A DNA stretch of 33,912 bases, taken from Chrysochromulina tobinii. Lineage: Eukaryota. The stretch covers positions 1 through 33,912 of the forward strand of contig JWZX01002205.1 of the NCBI GenBank assembly GCA_001275005.1, read 5' to 3'. Both the position numbers and the translations under genes were made by a program. Below the pieces are notes generated by a model. The model saw only the letters and a program-made list of their open reading frames with translations. It did not search any database and was not told the origin of the DNA. Position 1 is the stretch's first letter. Every line of letters starts with the position of its first letter. Below are positions 1 to 9,941 of the stretch, in pieces.

Positions 1-1711
1 TCACATCTGAGGCCTCAAAGAAGGCGGGTGCGGATGGCGCGGCGGCGGTGGCGGTAGCGGGGCAAAAAGCAAGGGCGTCGGCAGCTGAGCAGGGCGCCAG
101 CCGAGCGGCGAAGCAGCTGCCTGCAACGACGCCACCGGTACAGGCGGCAGTTGCGGCAATGTGACCGGCGGCGGCGGTGGCATACTCGCTGGCGGCGGCG
201 GCAGTGCTGCCGCCATCTCCGCAACTGCCGAGGCTGCCAGAGTCGCTGCCGCCACCGCCAGTGCCGACGCCGGCTGTCTTGCTGCCGCCACTGCCGCCAC
301 TGCCGCGCCTTCCGCCGCGCCTTCTGCCGCCGCATCCACTGCGGCGGCATGCGACGCCTCCAGCATTGCCAGGCGGTGGCGCGCATCGCGCCCGTCCTCC
401 TGCAGCGCTACCGCCGCCGCGCGCAGCCGCCGCGCCTCCTCGCGCGCCTCGTCAAGTTCCCGATGCGCTTCGGCCAGCAGACGCTCCTTGGTGTCGAGAC
501 GGCGCTCCATCGCGCGCACCTGCTCGGTTGCGGACTGCATGTCGTGTGCACGGCTTGCACCTGATGAGGCGGGCACTCAGCATGCCCTCAGCATGCCCTC
601 AGCATGCACTCATCATGCACTCAGCATGCACTCAGCATGCACTCATCATGCACTCATCAACATCATTCACTCGGCATCTTGCACTCAGCATGTCGTGTGC
701 ACGGCTCGCACCGGCCTCGTGCGCGTTTGCGTCGGCATGTGCGAGCTCGCGCAGCAGTAGCTGTGTCACTGCTTTCCCCTGCGCGAGCTGCCACATCAAA
801 CCTTCGCTCTTCTCGGCCTGACGCAGCGAGCTGGCCTGCGCCTTCTGCAGCTGCTCGACGGCCGCACGCCGCTGCGCGTGTGCGCCGAGCTCGCGCATGT
901 GGCTTGCGTTTGCCTGCGCCTGCGTGCCATTGAGGGCCTCGGCCGTGCGCGCGAGCGTCGCGTGCGTCGCCGCGAGCTCAGCCTCTTTGGCCGCGTGCGC
1001 GCGTTCCTTGTCTGCTGCGGCGTCGCGCGCCTGCTGCACCTCGCGTAGCGCGAGCTTGAGGCGCTGCTCGAGATGCGCGCGCGGTGCGGCCGCACGCTGA
1101 GTTGCTTCAACGGCCTGCAGCTGGTGGCGCATCGCTTCCTGGTCCTTGCGCACGCCGCCGATGGCGTCCTTGCATGCGTGCTCCGCCCGTGCGGTCGCCT
1201 CGATCACGCGGCTAACCTCCTCGATCCGCGCGCGGAAGGTGGAGATCAGGTCCTCAGCTTCCTCCTGCTCGAGGCGTAGCCGGCTCACCTCGGCGGTGCG
1301 AGCGCGCAGCTGCTCCTCGAGCGAGTAGAGCTGCTGGCCCTGCTGCTGCAGCTTGGCTTGCGCAGCCTTGGCCTTGTCACTGGTGAGCTTCTGCTGCAGC
1401 TCGTGTCGCGAGCGCTCGTCCTCGGCCGCCTTGTGCTGCGCTGCCGTGCGCTGGTCAGTCTCCTCCTCCTTGCGCGTCGCCTCATCGAGGCGCCGCTGCA
1501 TGTCGGCAAGCTCCGCCTGGCGTGTCTTCGCTGCTTCGACCTCCTCCTGCAGGCGAAGCTCAAGGTCTTGCGAGCGCTGCTCGAGCAGGCCGTTCTCGTG
1601 CACAACTCCCAGAAGAGCCTGCTTGAAGCGCGAGAGCGAGATGGCTTCCGAAACGCCCTCGGACACGGAGCACAGGCCGCCTGAGGGCTGCGTGCTGGGC
1701 GAGGCCGCCAT
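1..1711 (-). CDS. Coiled-coil protein with Pro-rich C-terminus; 2 exons, join(712..1711,1..560), 519 aa
   Basis: ORF 632..1711 (ATG at 1711; heptad-like E/Q/R/A-rich) and ORF 1..576 join in frame through a phase-1 GT-AG intron at 561..711 (...HEA G|ASRAHDMQSATEQ...). TGA at 1..3. Confidence 0.75.
561..711 (-). other. Spliceosomal intron, 151 nt, 11-bp tandem-repeat body
   Basis: Donor CCG|GTGCGA at 711 and acceptor GCCCGCCTCATCAG|GT at 561. The body is an approximately (GCATGCTGAGT)n array. Removal restores the frame. Confidence 0.85.
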
Positions 1712-1981
1712 ATCGTATCGTCGTCTGCAGGGCTCGCGATCGGAATTTCTTGTTTCGTTGAACTATTCGTCACATGCATGCCGCAATTTGGACCAAAAAC
1801 TTTACAGTGTGCGCACACATGTTGTCAACCCACACGGAACCCCGCCGGTGGCATCCGCGATCTGCAGTCCGCCGCGGCGTGCGTGTGGCCACTCGTGCAC
1901 TCCCCTTATCTCGCGCATCGCAGCCAGGTTCCGTACACGCCTATGTGCCTCTCAGTCTTGCATGCACTCCTCCTCGTGCGT

Positions 1982-3115
1982 CTAAATGCGCTGGGTCATC
2001 TGCTGCTCGACGTCGGATGCGTCGCGCGCCTTTACGGCCGCCGCTGAGCGCCGTTGCTTGAGCCAGTCGCGCCAGCCCTCGGGCTTTCTGCCAGAAGCGA
2101 GAGGTGGACCCCCGTTCATGCCTCGCATGCCTCCTAGCGACGCTGGCAGCCGGCGGGCGGCAGGCGGCGAAGGGCCGTCGGTGGGGTGCCCTGCATGCAC
2201 ATGGGCCGCGCGCGGCAGATAACGACCGTCGCCATAGGCGCGCTGGTCGTCGGCGTCGTCGTCGTCGTCGTCGTCATCGTCTTCATCGAGCTCGTCGCCG
2301 TCCTCGCCCTCGCCCTCGTCTTCTGCGGCCACGCGGGCCGTCTCCGCCTCCGCCTGGCGCTCCGCCCGCGCCTGCGACTCGAGGGCCTCGAGCTCATGCA
2401 AGTCGACCTCGGCAGCGGGCACCAGATGCATCTCGATGTGGCCCACCATCTGGCGCAGCAGACTCGCCGCCTCGGCGGGCGCGGTGCACTCGCGCCCGTT
2501 GATGCGCATGATACGGTCGCCCGCGGTGAGCGTACGCGCCGCGAGCCCACCTTCCTTGATGCTCTTGATCACCGAGTGCTCGCTAAAGTCGGGAGAGAAG
2601 CCCAGGCCGAGCATCGTAGCCTGCGTCGGCTTGACGAGCACGCGGCGCACGAGCCTGTCACGGCGCGGCCAGTACGCGCGCCATATGGCCTGCACGAAGA
2701 TCGTCGCGCGTTGAGCCGATTCGGGGCACTGACGCTTGCGGATCACGAGCTCGCCCGCCGGCGCCTCGCGGATGAGTTTGACCGCGTGCACTGCACTCTC
2801 GACTGGCTCGCCGTTGATCTCGAGCAGCTCGTCGTACATCTGGATGGGCGCGACGGATGAATCGGAAGCGAGCGGCATCGACGCGGGCGTGCCGGGCGCA
2901 GTCGTGTTGACAATCGCACGGTCCGGCTCTTCAGGCGCAAGGCCGATGCCGATGCGCGTCGTTGCCGATTCCTTACGGATCGAGACGGTGACTATCTTGG
3001 TGGCCGATTGTAGCACGAACGCGGGTAGCGTCAACGGCGTCGACTCGATGACGCGGCCCTCGACGATGCACTCCTCGTCGTCGCCCAGCGCGGCACCAGC
3101 ACGCACACGAGGCAT
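1982..3115 (-). CDS. PDZ-IQ-PDZ protein with acidic tail
   Basis: Two PDZ-like units (RIGIGL...YDELLEINGEPV...AVKLIR; MLGLGF...GDRIMRINGREC...AASLLR) flank an IQ-like motif VQAIWRAYWPRR, followed by a poly-Asp tract. ATG at 3115. Confidence 0.75.
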   Translation of the reverse strand: MPRVRAGAALGDDEECIVEGRVIESTPLTLPAFVLQSATKIVTVSIRKESATTRIGIGLAPEEPDRAIVNTTAPGTPASMPLASDSSVAPIQMYDELLEINGEPVESAVHAVKLIREAPAGELVIRKRQCPESAQRATIFVQAIWRAYWPRRDRLVRRVLVKPTQATMLGLGFSPDFSEHSVIKSIKEGGLAARTLTAGDRIMRINGRECTAPAEAASLLRQMVGHIEMHLVPAAEVDLHELEALESQARAERQAEAETARVAAEDEGEGEDGDELDEDDDDDDDDDADDQRAYGDGRYLPRAAHVHAGHPTDGPSPPAARRLPASLGGMRGMNGGPPLASGRKPEGWRDWLKQRRSAAAVKARDASDVEQQMTQRI

Positions 3116-3514
3116 GAATCCGTGCACGGGCTGAACGCGATGCGCAAGGGTCTTCTCCTCTTTTGAGCCGTTGTGAACGAGAACGCCCCTCCTGTGAATG
3201 CGCTGATTTTTGGGGGTGTGACTGACGAAAGCCTACCAAGGAGGAAAGGCGTTTAGCCTATCACCTAGATGGTCCTAGATGCACAAACATGATACATCTG
3301 AGCTAAGGCTGTTTTACAGGAGCCGAGCGCCGCCCAATTGGCGCCGCCCCGCGCAGCATGATCCCCTTGGCCCTGCACTGCTCAGAGCATTTCCCCAGGG
3401 AGTTTGTTCCTTAGATAAAGACTACAAGTACCTAAAGCGCGAAAGGTCGAAACGACAAATGTGGCATTTGACAAATGCCCCCAGTGCTGGACGCTGGATC
3501 CCGCATGGGGGCGT

Positions 3515-4492
3515 CTAGCTGCCCACCCGTACCAGCCGCCCGTCGAGGAGGTGCTCACCGCCACCGCCTCCTCCGCCCTCCTCAACCACAAGCCGGCCCG
3601 CCATCACGGCGCGCAACTCCGCTGTCTCAGCGCGCAGCGCTGCGCAGGCGCGCCGCTCCGCGAGCAGCGCGTGCGACGCCTCGGCGGCACGCTCGGCGGC
3701 GCGCTGGAGGGCCATCTGCTGGCTGTGCTGCACGACAAGCGCCGCCTCCAGCTGTGCCACGTGCACGCGCAGCCGCCGGCCCTCGGCGAGACTCCCGTCC
3801 AGCGCACGCCGTAGCTGCTCGTGGCCGTCCGCAAGGGCGGCGCGAGTCCGCGGCAGGACGTGCGCGACCGGCACGAGCGACTCCGGGTGGAAGCTGTTCA
3901 GGCCGACCGACGCCTTGGCCGCCCAGCTTGTGAAGCTGTGCGCCATCGCGCGCGCCGCGTCCTGCCTGACGAGGCTGGCCATCCGCCGAGCGCCAAGTGC
4001 GCGCGCTTGGCGCAGCGCCGCCTGCCGCTCGGACTTCAGACCGTGCGAGGCGGCCACCTGTCGCTCGGCTGCCTGCTGCGCCTTGACCTGCGCTTCGCGC
4101 AACGCGCGCTCGCGCTGATGCCCGCGCTTGCGCTCCGCGTCGAGCTCTGCAAGCAGTGCCGGCACAGAGGTGTTCTCGGTCTGCAGCACGCGCAGCTTCG
4201 AGGCCTGCCGCATGCGGAGGGTGCGCTCGCGCAATGCGGCTTGCAAGGCGTCCGCCGCAGTTTGCTCCATGGCCTCGGCATCGGCAGCCGCCGCCTTGAG
4301 CAACTCGGCGGCCTCGTTTGCAACCCGGACTGCTGCACGCTCTGCCTGCGGCGAGGTGTGCACGTGGACGATCCGCTCGTCCTCGAGCGCGCGGATCTCC
4401 TCCCCGAGGGTGCTGGCGATCACCAGAGCGGCATAGATCTCGTGCATCAAGAGCTTTGCGTCGTCCAGCACCGCGGCAGAGGCGGCGCTCAT
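3515..4492 (-). CDS. Coiled-coil protein of unknown function
   Basis: Helical A/E/R/L/Q-rich ORF of about 325 aa from ATG 4492, with GC3-rich codon use and an AT-richer upstream region. Confidence 0.6.
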   Translation of the reverse strand: MSAASAAVLDDAKLLMHEIYAALVIASTLGEEIRALEDERIVHVHTSPQAERAAVRVANEAAELLKAAAADAEAMEQTAADALQAALRERTLRMRQASKLRVLQTENTSVPALLAELDAERKRGHQRERALREAQVKAQQAAERQVAASHGLKSERQAALRQARALGARRMASLVRQDAARAMAHSFTSWAAKASVGLNSFHPESLVPVAHVLPRTRAALADGHEQLRRALDGSLAEGRRLRVHVAQLEAALVVQHSQQMALQRAAERAAEASHALLAERRACAALRAETAELRAVMAGRLVVEEGGGGGGGEHLLDGRLVRVGS

Positions 4493-4841
4493 TTTCGTTA
4501 CCGCCGGCGGGAACTTGCGCGAACACACGGGCGAAGACCGCAAGGGGGAGAAGGGGGAGGGGGGAGTCGGGGGTGTAAACGTGACTCAACAGATGCCTTC
4601 GGAGGCCTGGATTCCACGCACGTCTCGCTCGTGTTGAATGGACTCGAAAAATGGTACATTAGTAATGAAGTTCGGAAAAAACGCAATCAAAGAATTCGGC
4701 AAAAGGTTCCTGATTCGTCATTCTACTTCGGGAAATTTGCGAAGCATTTTTCTCCGATGCGGCGACAAAAAATCTGAGTTGATGGGGTACTCCTGTGCAG
4801 CCTCGGGCACAGCGGCGGTCCCGTGCGTGCCCGCCTCATTC

Positions 4842-5981
4842 ATGGCGGCCCGATTGCCCCTCCCCTATGCGGGCGACGAGTATCTCGCTGGAATTTGCAG
4901 CGTTCTCGTCAGGCACATGCTTGGCGAGCTCAAAGAGATCGGCCGCATGCTTCCAGACCACGGATTGAGCGAGCCCAGCTGTTCCTTGCTCTTAGTGGGC
5001 CAGCATCCTGCGGCGGTGTCGTACACCTTGAGCACCGTCGCGGCGGCGCGCGTCTCGGGCGCATTGCTCGACGTGCAGCGGCTGTCCGAGGAGACGACAC
5101 AGGAAGATCTGCTGCACATTATCGGCCGCCTGAACAGTGACAATAACTGCCACGGCATCGTGCTGCAGCTGCCGCTGCCGGCACACCTCGATGCTAGCGG
5201 CCTGGTGCACGCCATCGCTGACGACAAGGACATCGATGGGCTCAAGGCGGCGAGTATCGGCCGACTTCCAAACGGCTCCGAGCTCACGGCCGGACCGTGC
5301 ATCGCCGCGGCGATCGAGGAGGTGCTGCGCTCGCTCAATGTTCTCCCACCCGTCGCCGCTCCTTCCAAGTCGCCACCCAAGTCGCCACCCAAGTCATCGC
5401 ACAAGACGGCCAGCCGTATCTCCGAGGTGCCGCATGTGCTGCTGCTCAGCGTGCCGCCGCTACTGAGCTTCCCTTTGGCGCTCTCGCTCGAGGCGTCGGG
5501 CTGTCGCGTCACGTGTCTCGGCGACGACCAGCCCGTCGACGCGGTCCGCACCGAGCTGCCGCACGCCGACGTGCTCCTGATCGGCGCCCGCCGGCCTGAC
5601 GTAGTTGCGGCCCAGTATGTGCGCACGGGGTGCGTGCTCCTCGACTTAGGCCTCTCGACGAGCGCCGCGCCCAAACTGCTCATGCACGCGGATTCATCAG
5701 CCGATTCATCAGCCGATTCATCAGCCGATTCATCAGGCCTGTCCGACGACTCATCGGACGGCTGCAGCCCAGCAGGAACGCGCGACGACGGCTCGCGTGG
5801 CGGCGCCGCTCCGGCAGCGGCAGCGCCGACCATGGCGCGATCGGCCTCGCGCGAGGTCCTCTGCCTGTGCTGCAGCGACGGCCTGTCGGCAATGACCGCC
5901 GCTCTGCGCATGCGTCACCTGAGCCACACCGCCTTGCTGCAGCAAAACTTCCTCGAGCATGCTGGCAACGGTAAGCCCTAG
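4842..5981 (+). CDS. FolD-like (methylene-THF dehydrogenase/cyclohydrolase family) protein, divergent
   Basis: Contains the FolD signature LNSDNNCHGIVLQLPLPAHLD...IADDKDIDG, plus ADVLLIG and GCVLLDLG. Several catalytic and cofactor motifs are altered. Start uncertain (4782 or 4842). Confidence 0.75.
   Translation: MAARLPLPYAGDEYLAGICSVLVRHMLGELKEIGRMLPDHGLSEPSCSLLLVGQHPAAVSYTLSTVAAARVSGALLDVQRLSEETTQEDLLHIIGRLNSDNNCHGIVLQLPLPAHLDASGLVHAIADDKDIDGLKAASIGRLPNGSELTAGPCIAAAIEEVLRSLNVLPPVAAPSKSPPKSPPKSSHKTASRISEVPHVLLLSVPPLLSFPLALSLEASGCRVTCLGDDQPVDAVRTELPHADVLLIGARRPDVVAAQYVRTGCVLLDLGLSTSAAPKLLMHADSSADSSADSSADSSGLSDDSSDGCSPAGTRDDGSRGGAAPAAAAPTMARSASREVLCLCCSDGLSAMTAALRMRHLSHTALLQQNFLEHAGNGKP
5691..5736 (+). 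repeat. 12-bp coding tandem repeat (GATTCATCAGCC) x about 4, encoding DSSA
   Basis: Read directly from the sequence. Confidence 0.95.
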
Positions 5982-6357
5982 CATACCGGCCGCCTCCGAG
6001 TTAACCTCCGAGGCATCGCTGCGCAAAGGCGCATTATCCCTCGCTGTTTGCGGCCCGCCGAGCGTCTATATCGATACCATACCATGGGATCGGCCGGGTG
6101 AAGAATGCAACACAAGCAGGCTGCTTGTGTTGCTGTTGTGACTGACATGATGGTGTGTTGTCGCAGTTGTTGTGTGTCTGAAACTGTAATAAACTGTAAG
6201 TGTAACGGTCCGGAAACCGGAATGAAAATGCCATCGACCTTACCATTCTCCGGGCCGGGTTTCCAGGCCGTTTCGTTTCCTGACAGAGCGGGGGCGCTGC
6301 CGCGAGCTGCCCGGCAGGCGCGGAGGCGCGGCGCGCCGGCGCCCGGCGCGCCCCTTG

Positions 6358-8040
6358 ATGAGGGATGTAATTTCGCCTGCCTGGCTTAGTTTCCTGCACC
6401 CTCTCCTCCCCGCGAACATGCCAGCCGCAGTCGCGGCGAAGTTGAGGGTGCTCCAGTTCTCCAGGAGCAAGCCACCCGACGACCTCCCCACTATCATGAA
6501 TATCCCCCGCAAGGCCCTCATCGATGAGATCAACGGTCCGTACGCTGTGCTGCAGTCGCCTGCAAACCAAAGCAAACTGAAGGTGACCTTTGTGACGCCA
6601 CGCGACATTCGCAAGATCGATCCAGCTTTCGCCACTCGGCTTGAGCCAACAATCCTTGTGCGCACGGGCTGCATCATCGTTGCATTTGGACGCTCCGAGC
6701 TGCGTGTGATCGTCACGCCCGACGCGCTATTCTGCATGCTGCCTCCACATCTCACTCCAAACCTTGCGAGCACGAGCAACGGCAGCCCACTCGATAAGAT
6801 CCTGGGAGCCCTCCACAGAAACCTCGCTGCAACACGGACCGCTCCCGTCTCCGAGGTGGCCGTTCACTCGTCGTTAGGCTCTGCCCCTCTGCATAGCTCA
6901 GAGCTCGAAGAGAACTCGTTGCCCTCGCCATCGAAGCCCTTTCCCCTTCAGAGGAGCAATTCCGAGCCCGAACTCTCTACGCTCCTCCACACACCGTCCA
7001 GCTCTATCCTTAGGAGCGGCTTGCACCGAGGAGACAAGGGGGCTAGCAGCAGCTTAGCCAGCTTAGCCGAAGGCAAGGAGACGGGCTCGTCTTTCGAATT
7101 CCTTGCCTTGGAGGCGGTGCTAATGACAGTCTGTGGTGATCTGTCGCAGCGGCAGACGGCGCTCACTGAGGCGGTGCAGCGCGCTTTGCTGGCGCTGCGG
7201 CGCAGCGTGACGGGCACGCAAGTGGCGGCGAGCGCCCGGCAGCTCGACCACGTGCGGAGGCTGAAGCAGCAGGTGCGCGAGCTGCTGGGGCAGTCGATGG
7301 CGCTCGAGGAGGAGCTGCAAGAGGTGCTCGACGCGAACGAGGACATGGAGGCCATGTACCTCTCGCGCATACTCCTTTTCGTCGAGAACGCAGATGGCGA
7401 TCTCCCAGAGGCTGACCTGCACGACCACGAGGAGGTCGAGGTGATCCTCGAGTCGTACCTGCAGGAGGTGGGTGCGACGGTGGCCGAGCTCGAGGTGCTC
7501 ACATACGCCATCGAGGGCACCGAAAAGTTCGTCTCGTTCCGGCTCGACAGCGCGCAAAACCGGCTAAAGGCTCGACGAGGCGTGCTGACCGCCTCCGCCA
7601 CTACGCTCGGCCTGGGCAATCTCTTTTTGAACCTCTTTGGCATGAACCTTCCCGCCACCATCTTCGTCTCCTCCGCAGACGACGAAGACAGCGAGAATAC
7701 AGGGTTCTGGGTTGCCGCGGGCTGCATTACACTGCTCGTCACGGCGCTCTTGCTGTTCGTCAACGGCTGGTTTGGCCTGTGGCAGCTCGAGACCTGGTTT
7801 GGCACGTGCTGGGGCAAGAGCGACGAGGCGCATGCGCAGCTTGGTGGGCAGCTTGGGCAGCTCGGCGCCACGAAGGGCGGCGCGAGGGTCGCTGTACCGG
7901 GCACCTCGGCCGCGGGCGCTGTACCGGTCACCTCGGTCACGAGCGCTGCAAGCACTACTACTGCCGCGGTGGAACGAACGCCACCCATCACGCCACCCAT
8001 CACGCCACCGCCGCCGCCACGCCGCCAGAGTCGAAATTGA
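6358..8040 (+). CDS. MRS2: MRS2/CorA-family Mg2+ transporter
   Basis: FEFLALEAVL, DMEAMYLS, EEVEVILESYLQ and LDSAQNRL motifs; GMN motif (LFGMNL) at the end of TM1; second TM helix (FWVAAGCITLLVTALLLF). Start uncertain. Confidence 0.88.
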   Translation: MRDVISPAWLSFLHPLLPANMPAAVAAKLRVLQFSRSKPPDDLPTIMNIPRKALIDEINGPYAVLQSPANQSKLKVTFVTPRDIRKIDPAFATRLEPTILVRTGCIIVAFGRSELRVIVTPDALFCMLPPHLTPNLASTSNGSPLDKILGALHRNLAATRTAPVSEVAVHSSLGSAPLHSSELEENSLPSPSKPFPLQRSNSEPELSTLLHTPSSSILRSGLHRGDKGASSSLASLAEGKETGSSFEFLALEAVLMTVCGDLSQRQTALTEAVQRALLALRRSVTGTQVAASARQLDHVRRLKQQVRELLGQSMALEEELQEVLDANEDMEAMYLSRILLFVENADGDLPEADLHDHEEVEVILESYLQEVGATVAELEVLTYAIEGTEKFVSFRLDSAQNRLKARRGVLTASATTLGLGNLFLNLFGMNLPATIFVSSADDEDSENTGFWVAAGCITLLVTALLLFVNGWFGLWQLETWFGTCWGKSDEAHAQLGGQLGQLGATKGGARVAVPGTSAAGAVPVTSVTSAASTTTAAVERTPPITPPITPPPPPRRQSRN

Positions 8041-8537
8041 AGTGTAGGTAAACGGTGTAGTCTGTAGACGCGGAAATGACGGTGCTCACTCTCACTCCGT
8101 CCGTGCACCGCCGTGGTGACTGGTGTTTCTCGCGGACTCGGCTCTCGGCGCTCTCCGGAACTCCGCTCCGGGAAGCGCTTATATTTATTTGAAGGTGCAT
8201 CACGGTACACGGACACGCCGGGCCCCGCCGCGCGGCACCCGGACCGGTTCGGACCCGCGCCGGATCGGGGACCGTGCACCGTCGACCGACGCGCGCCGGA
8301 CGGGAACCGGGCGTCGGACCGCGCCGGCCGCCGCGAGCGGCGAGGCGCGAGGGGGGGGCGCCGGGGGGGCGACCGAGGCGCGCACGGCGAGCTCTCGGCG
8401 CAACCCGGACCGAACGTCGGAACGCTAACGTAAATTAGTTAGAAACATAGCGTAGGAATCATAGCCAACTCCGCTCTCAATAAAACAATAATCGAATACG
8501 ACGGTCACAGGTGACGCGCCGGTCACCGCGTCCGTGG

Positions 8538-9941
8538 TCAAGCTTCAAGGGCCGAAGCCGAAGCTAAAGGCCCCGCCCTGGCTTTCACACCGCGCGGCGG
8601 CTTCCCACACGGCCGCAAGGTGCGCAGTGTTGGGTAGGGGCAGGCGACGACGGGGTCGGTGGCGGCGTTGACGGGAGCGGCCGCTGCCGCTTGCGCTACT
8701 GCCTTGGCGTCCGCTGCCGCAGCCACAGCGCGCGCGCGCTTGCGCCGAGCAGCGGCGTCGACGAGCGTGGCGGCAGCGGCGGCGGCACGTTCCTCTGGCG
8801 TGTCGCGGAGCAGCGCCGCCGACACGAACCAGAGCGTGATCGCGTACCGCGGCCTCCGCGCGGGAAAGACCTCGTGCGGGACTGTACAGCTAGGGAAGAC
8901 AACAACTGTCCCACCGTGGGGCACAACCTCGACGGTGCAAGGGGCGCCTGGCGGCGCATCGGGCGCATAGCAACGCAGCATGCCGCCATCGTCGGCGCTC
9001 CAATCAGGCGCGTTCAAGTACAGGATCGCCGTGAGCACACGGTAGTTACGCCACTGCTCAACGTCTCGTTGCTCGCCGGTTCCGAGGCCCTGTCGTTCAC
9101 AGTGTCGTTCACAGCCTGGTGCGCTCGAGCTGCTGCCACGTGCGGCCGACTCGATGCCGTCGGTGCTGCGAGAAGCCGGGACGCGCTCGTTGTCCATGTG
9201 GCGCACGTAGCCGAACCGAGGATCGTCATACACAGCCACCATGCCCAGGCGTGGCACGAGTAAACGGCCGCAGCCCAGCACGACCTCGAGCTGTGCGCCC
9301 ACGCTCTCCAAAAGCTCGAAGCCACGGCGCAGCTCGGGCGGGCACGGCGCGTTGCCATCATCGTCATCGTCATCGCCGTCGCCCTCGTCGGTGAGCCGCA
9401 CGAAGCCCACGCGGTCGCCACGGGTGGTTGAGGCCTGCGCGTGGTTACGCCTGCGCAGCCCCCCATCGACGTCGAGCTGCTCAACTGCGGCGCGGCAGCG
9501 CGCGACAGAAGCTGCGTCCATTGCGTCGCACCACTGCGATGCACCACCGTTGCGGATGGACTCGAGTATTGAAGCGGGCACCGAAGGCCAGTTGAGGAGC
9601 ACCTCCCGGCGAATCGTGGTGGCTGTGAGCAGCTCTCCTACCCATTCGCCCGCTGCGAGCTCCTCGTCGAGCGTGACGGAACCCGAACTGTCCAAGCTCC
9701 CGACAGCCGGGCCTGGCGTGCCGTCAGCAAGGTTCTGGAGCAGAATATTGCCGTGATACATGGTGTACAGCGTCTCGCCGATGGTGAGAGTGGACGGCGG
9801 CGGCGCAGACGTTGGGGATGAATGGGGCAGTTGCTGACCATAGATGCGTGGCAGGTTGCCCAGAGCACGGCACCCATCGGTACCGCAGTCGTTGTTAGAC
9901 TTGCCGCGCAGCGAGACGACCCGTTTGTCATCAGTGAACAT
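8538..9941 (-). CDS. 2OG-Fe(II) oxygenase, PHD/EGLN-like prolyl 4-hydroxylase
   Basis: TRGDRV, GMVAVY, GYVRHMDN (HxD), RVLTAILYLN-x-PDW, GGMLR and PHEVFPARRPRYAITLWF (distal His and 2OG-binding Arg) parallel the PHD2 catalytic motifs. Start uncertain. Confidence 0.85.
   Translation of the reverse strand: MFTDDKRVVSLRGKSNNDCGTDGCRALGNLPRIYGQQLPHSSPTSAPPPSTLTIGETLYTMYHGNILLQNLADGTPGPAVGSLDSSGSVTLDEELAAGEWVGELLTATTIRREVLLNWPSVPASILESIRNGGASQWCDAMDAASVARCRAAVEQLDVDGGLRRRNHAQASTTRGDRVGFVRLTDEGDGDDDDDDGNAPCPPELRRGFELLESVGAQLEVVLGCGRLLVPRLGMVAVYDDPRFGYVRHMDNERVPASRSTDGIESAARGSSSSAPGCERHCERQGLGTGEQRDVEQWRNYRVLTAILYLNAPDWSADDGGMLRCYAPDAPPGAPCTVEVVPHGGTVVVFPSCTVPHEVFPARRPRYAITLWFVSAALLRDTPEERAAAAAATLVDAAARRKRARAVAAAADAKAVAQAAAAAPVNAATDPVVACPYPTLRTLRPCGKPPRGVKARAGPLASASALEA

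Noticed and set aside
7561..7585. Odd basic KARRG after LDSAQNRL in MRS2 (possible compensated frameshift)
   Set aside because: The frame is intact and GMN follows normally; it cannot be distinguished from simple divergence without reads.
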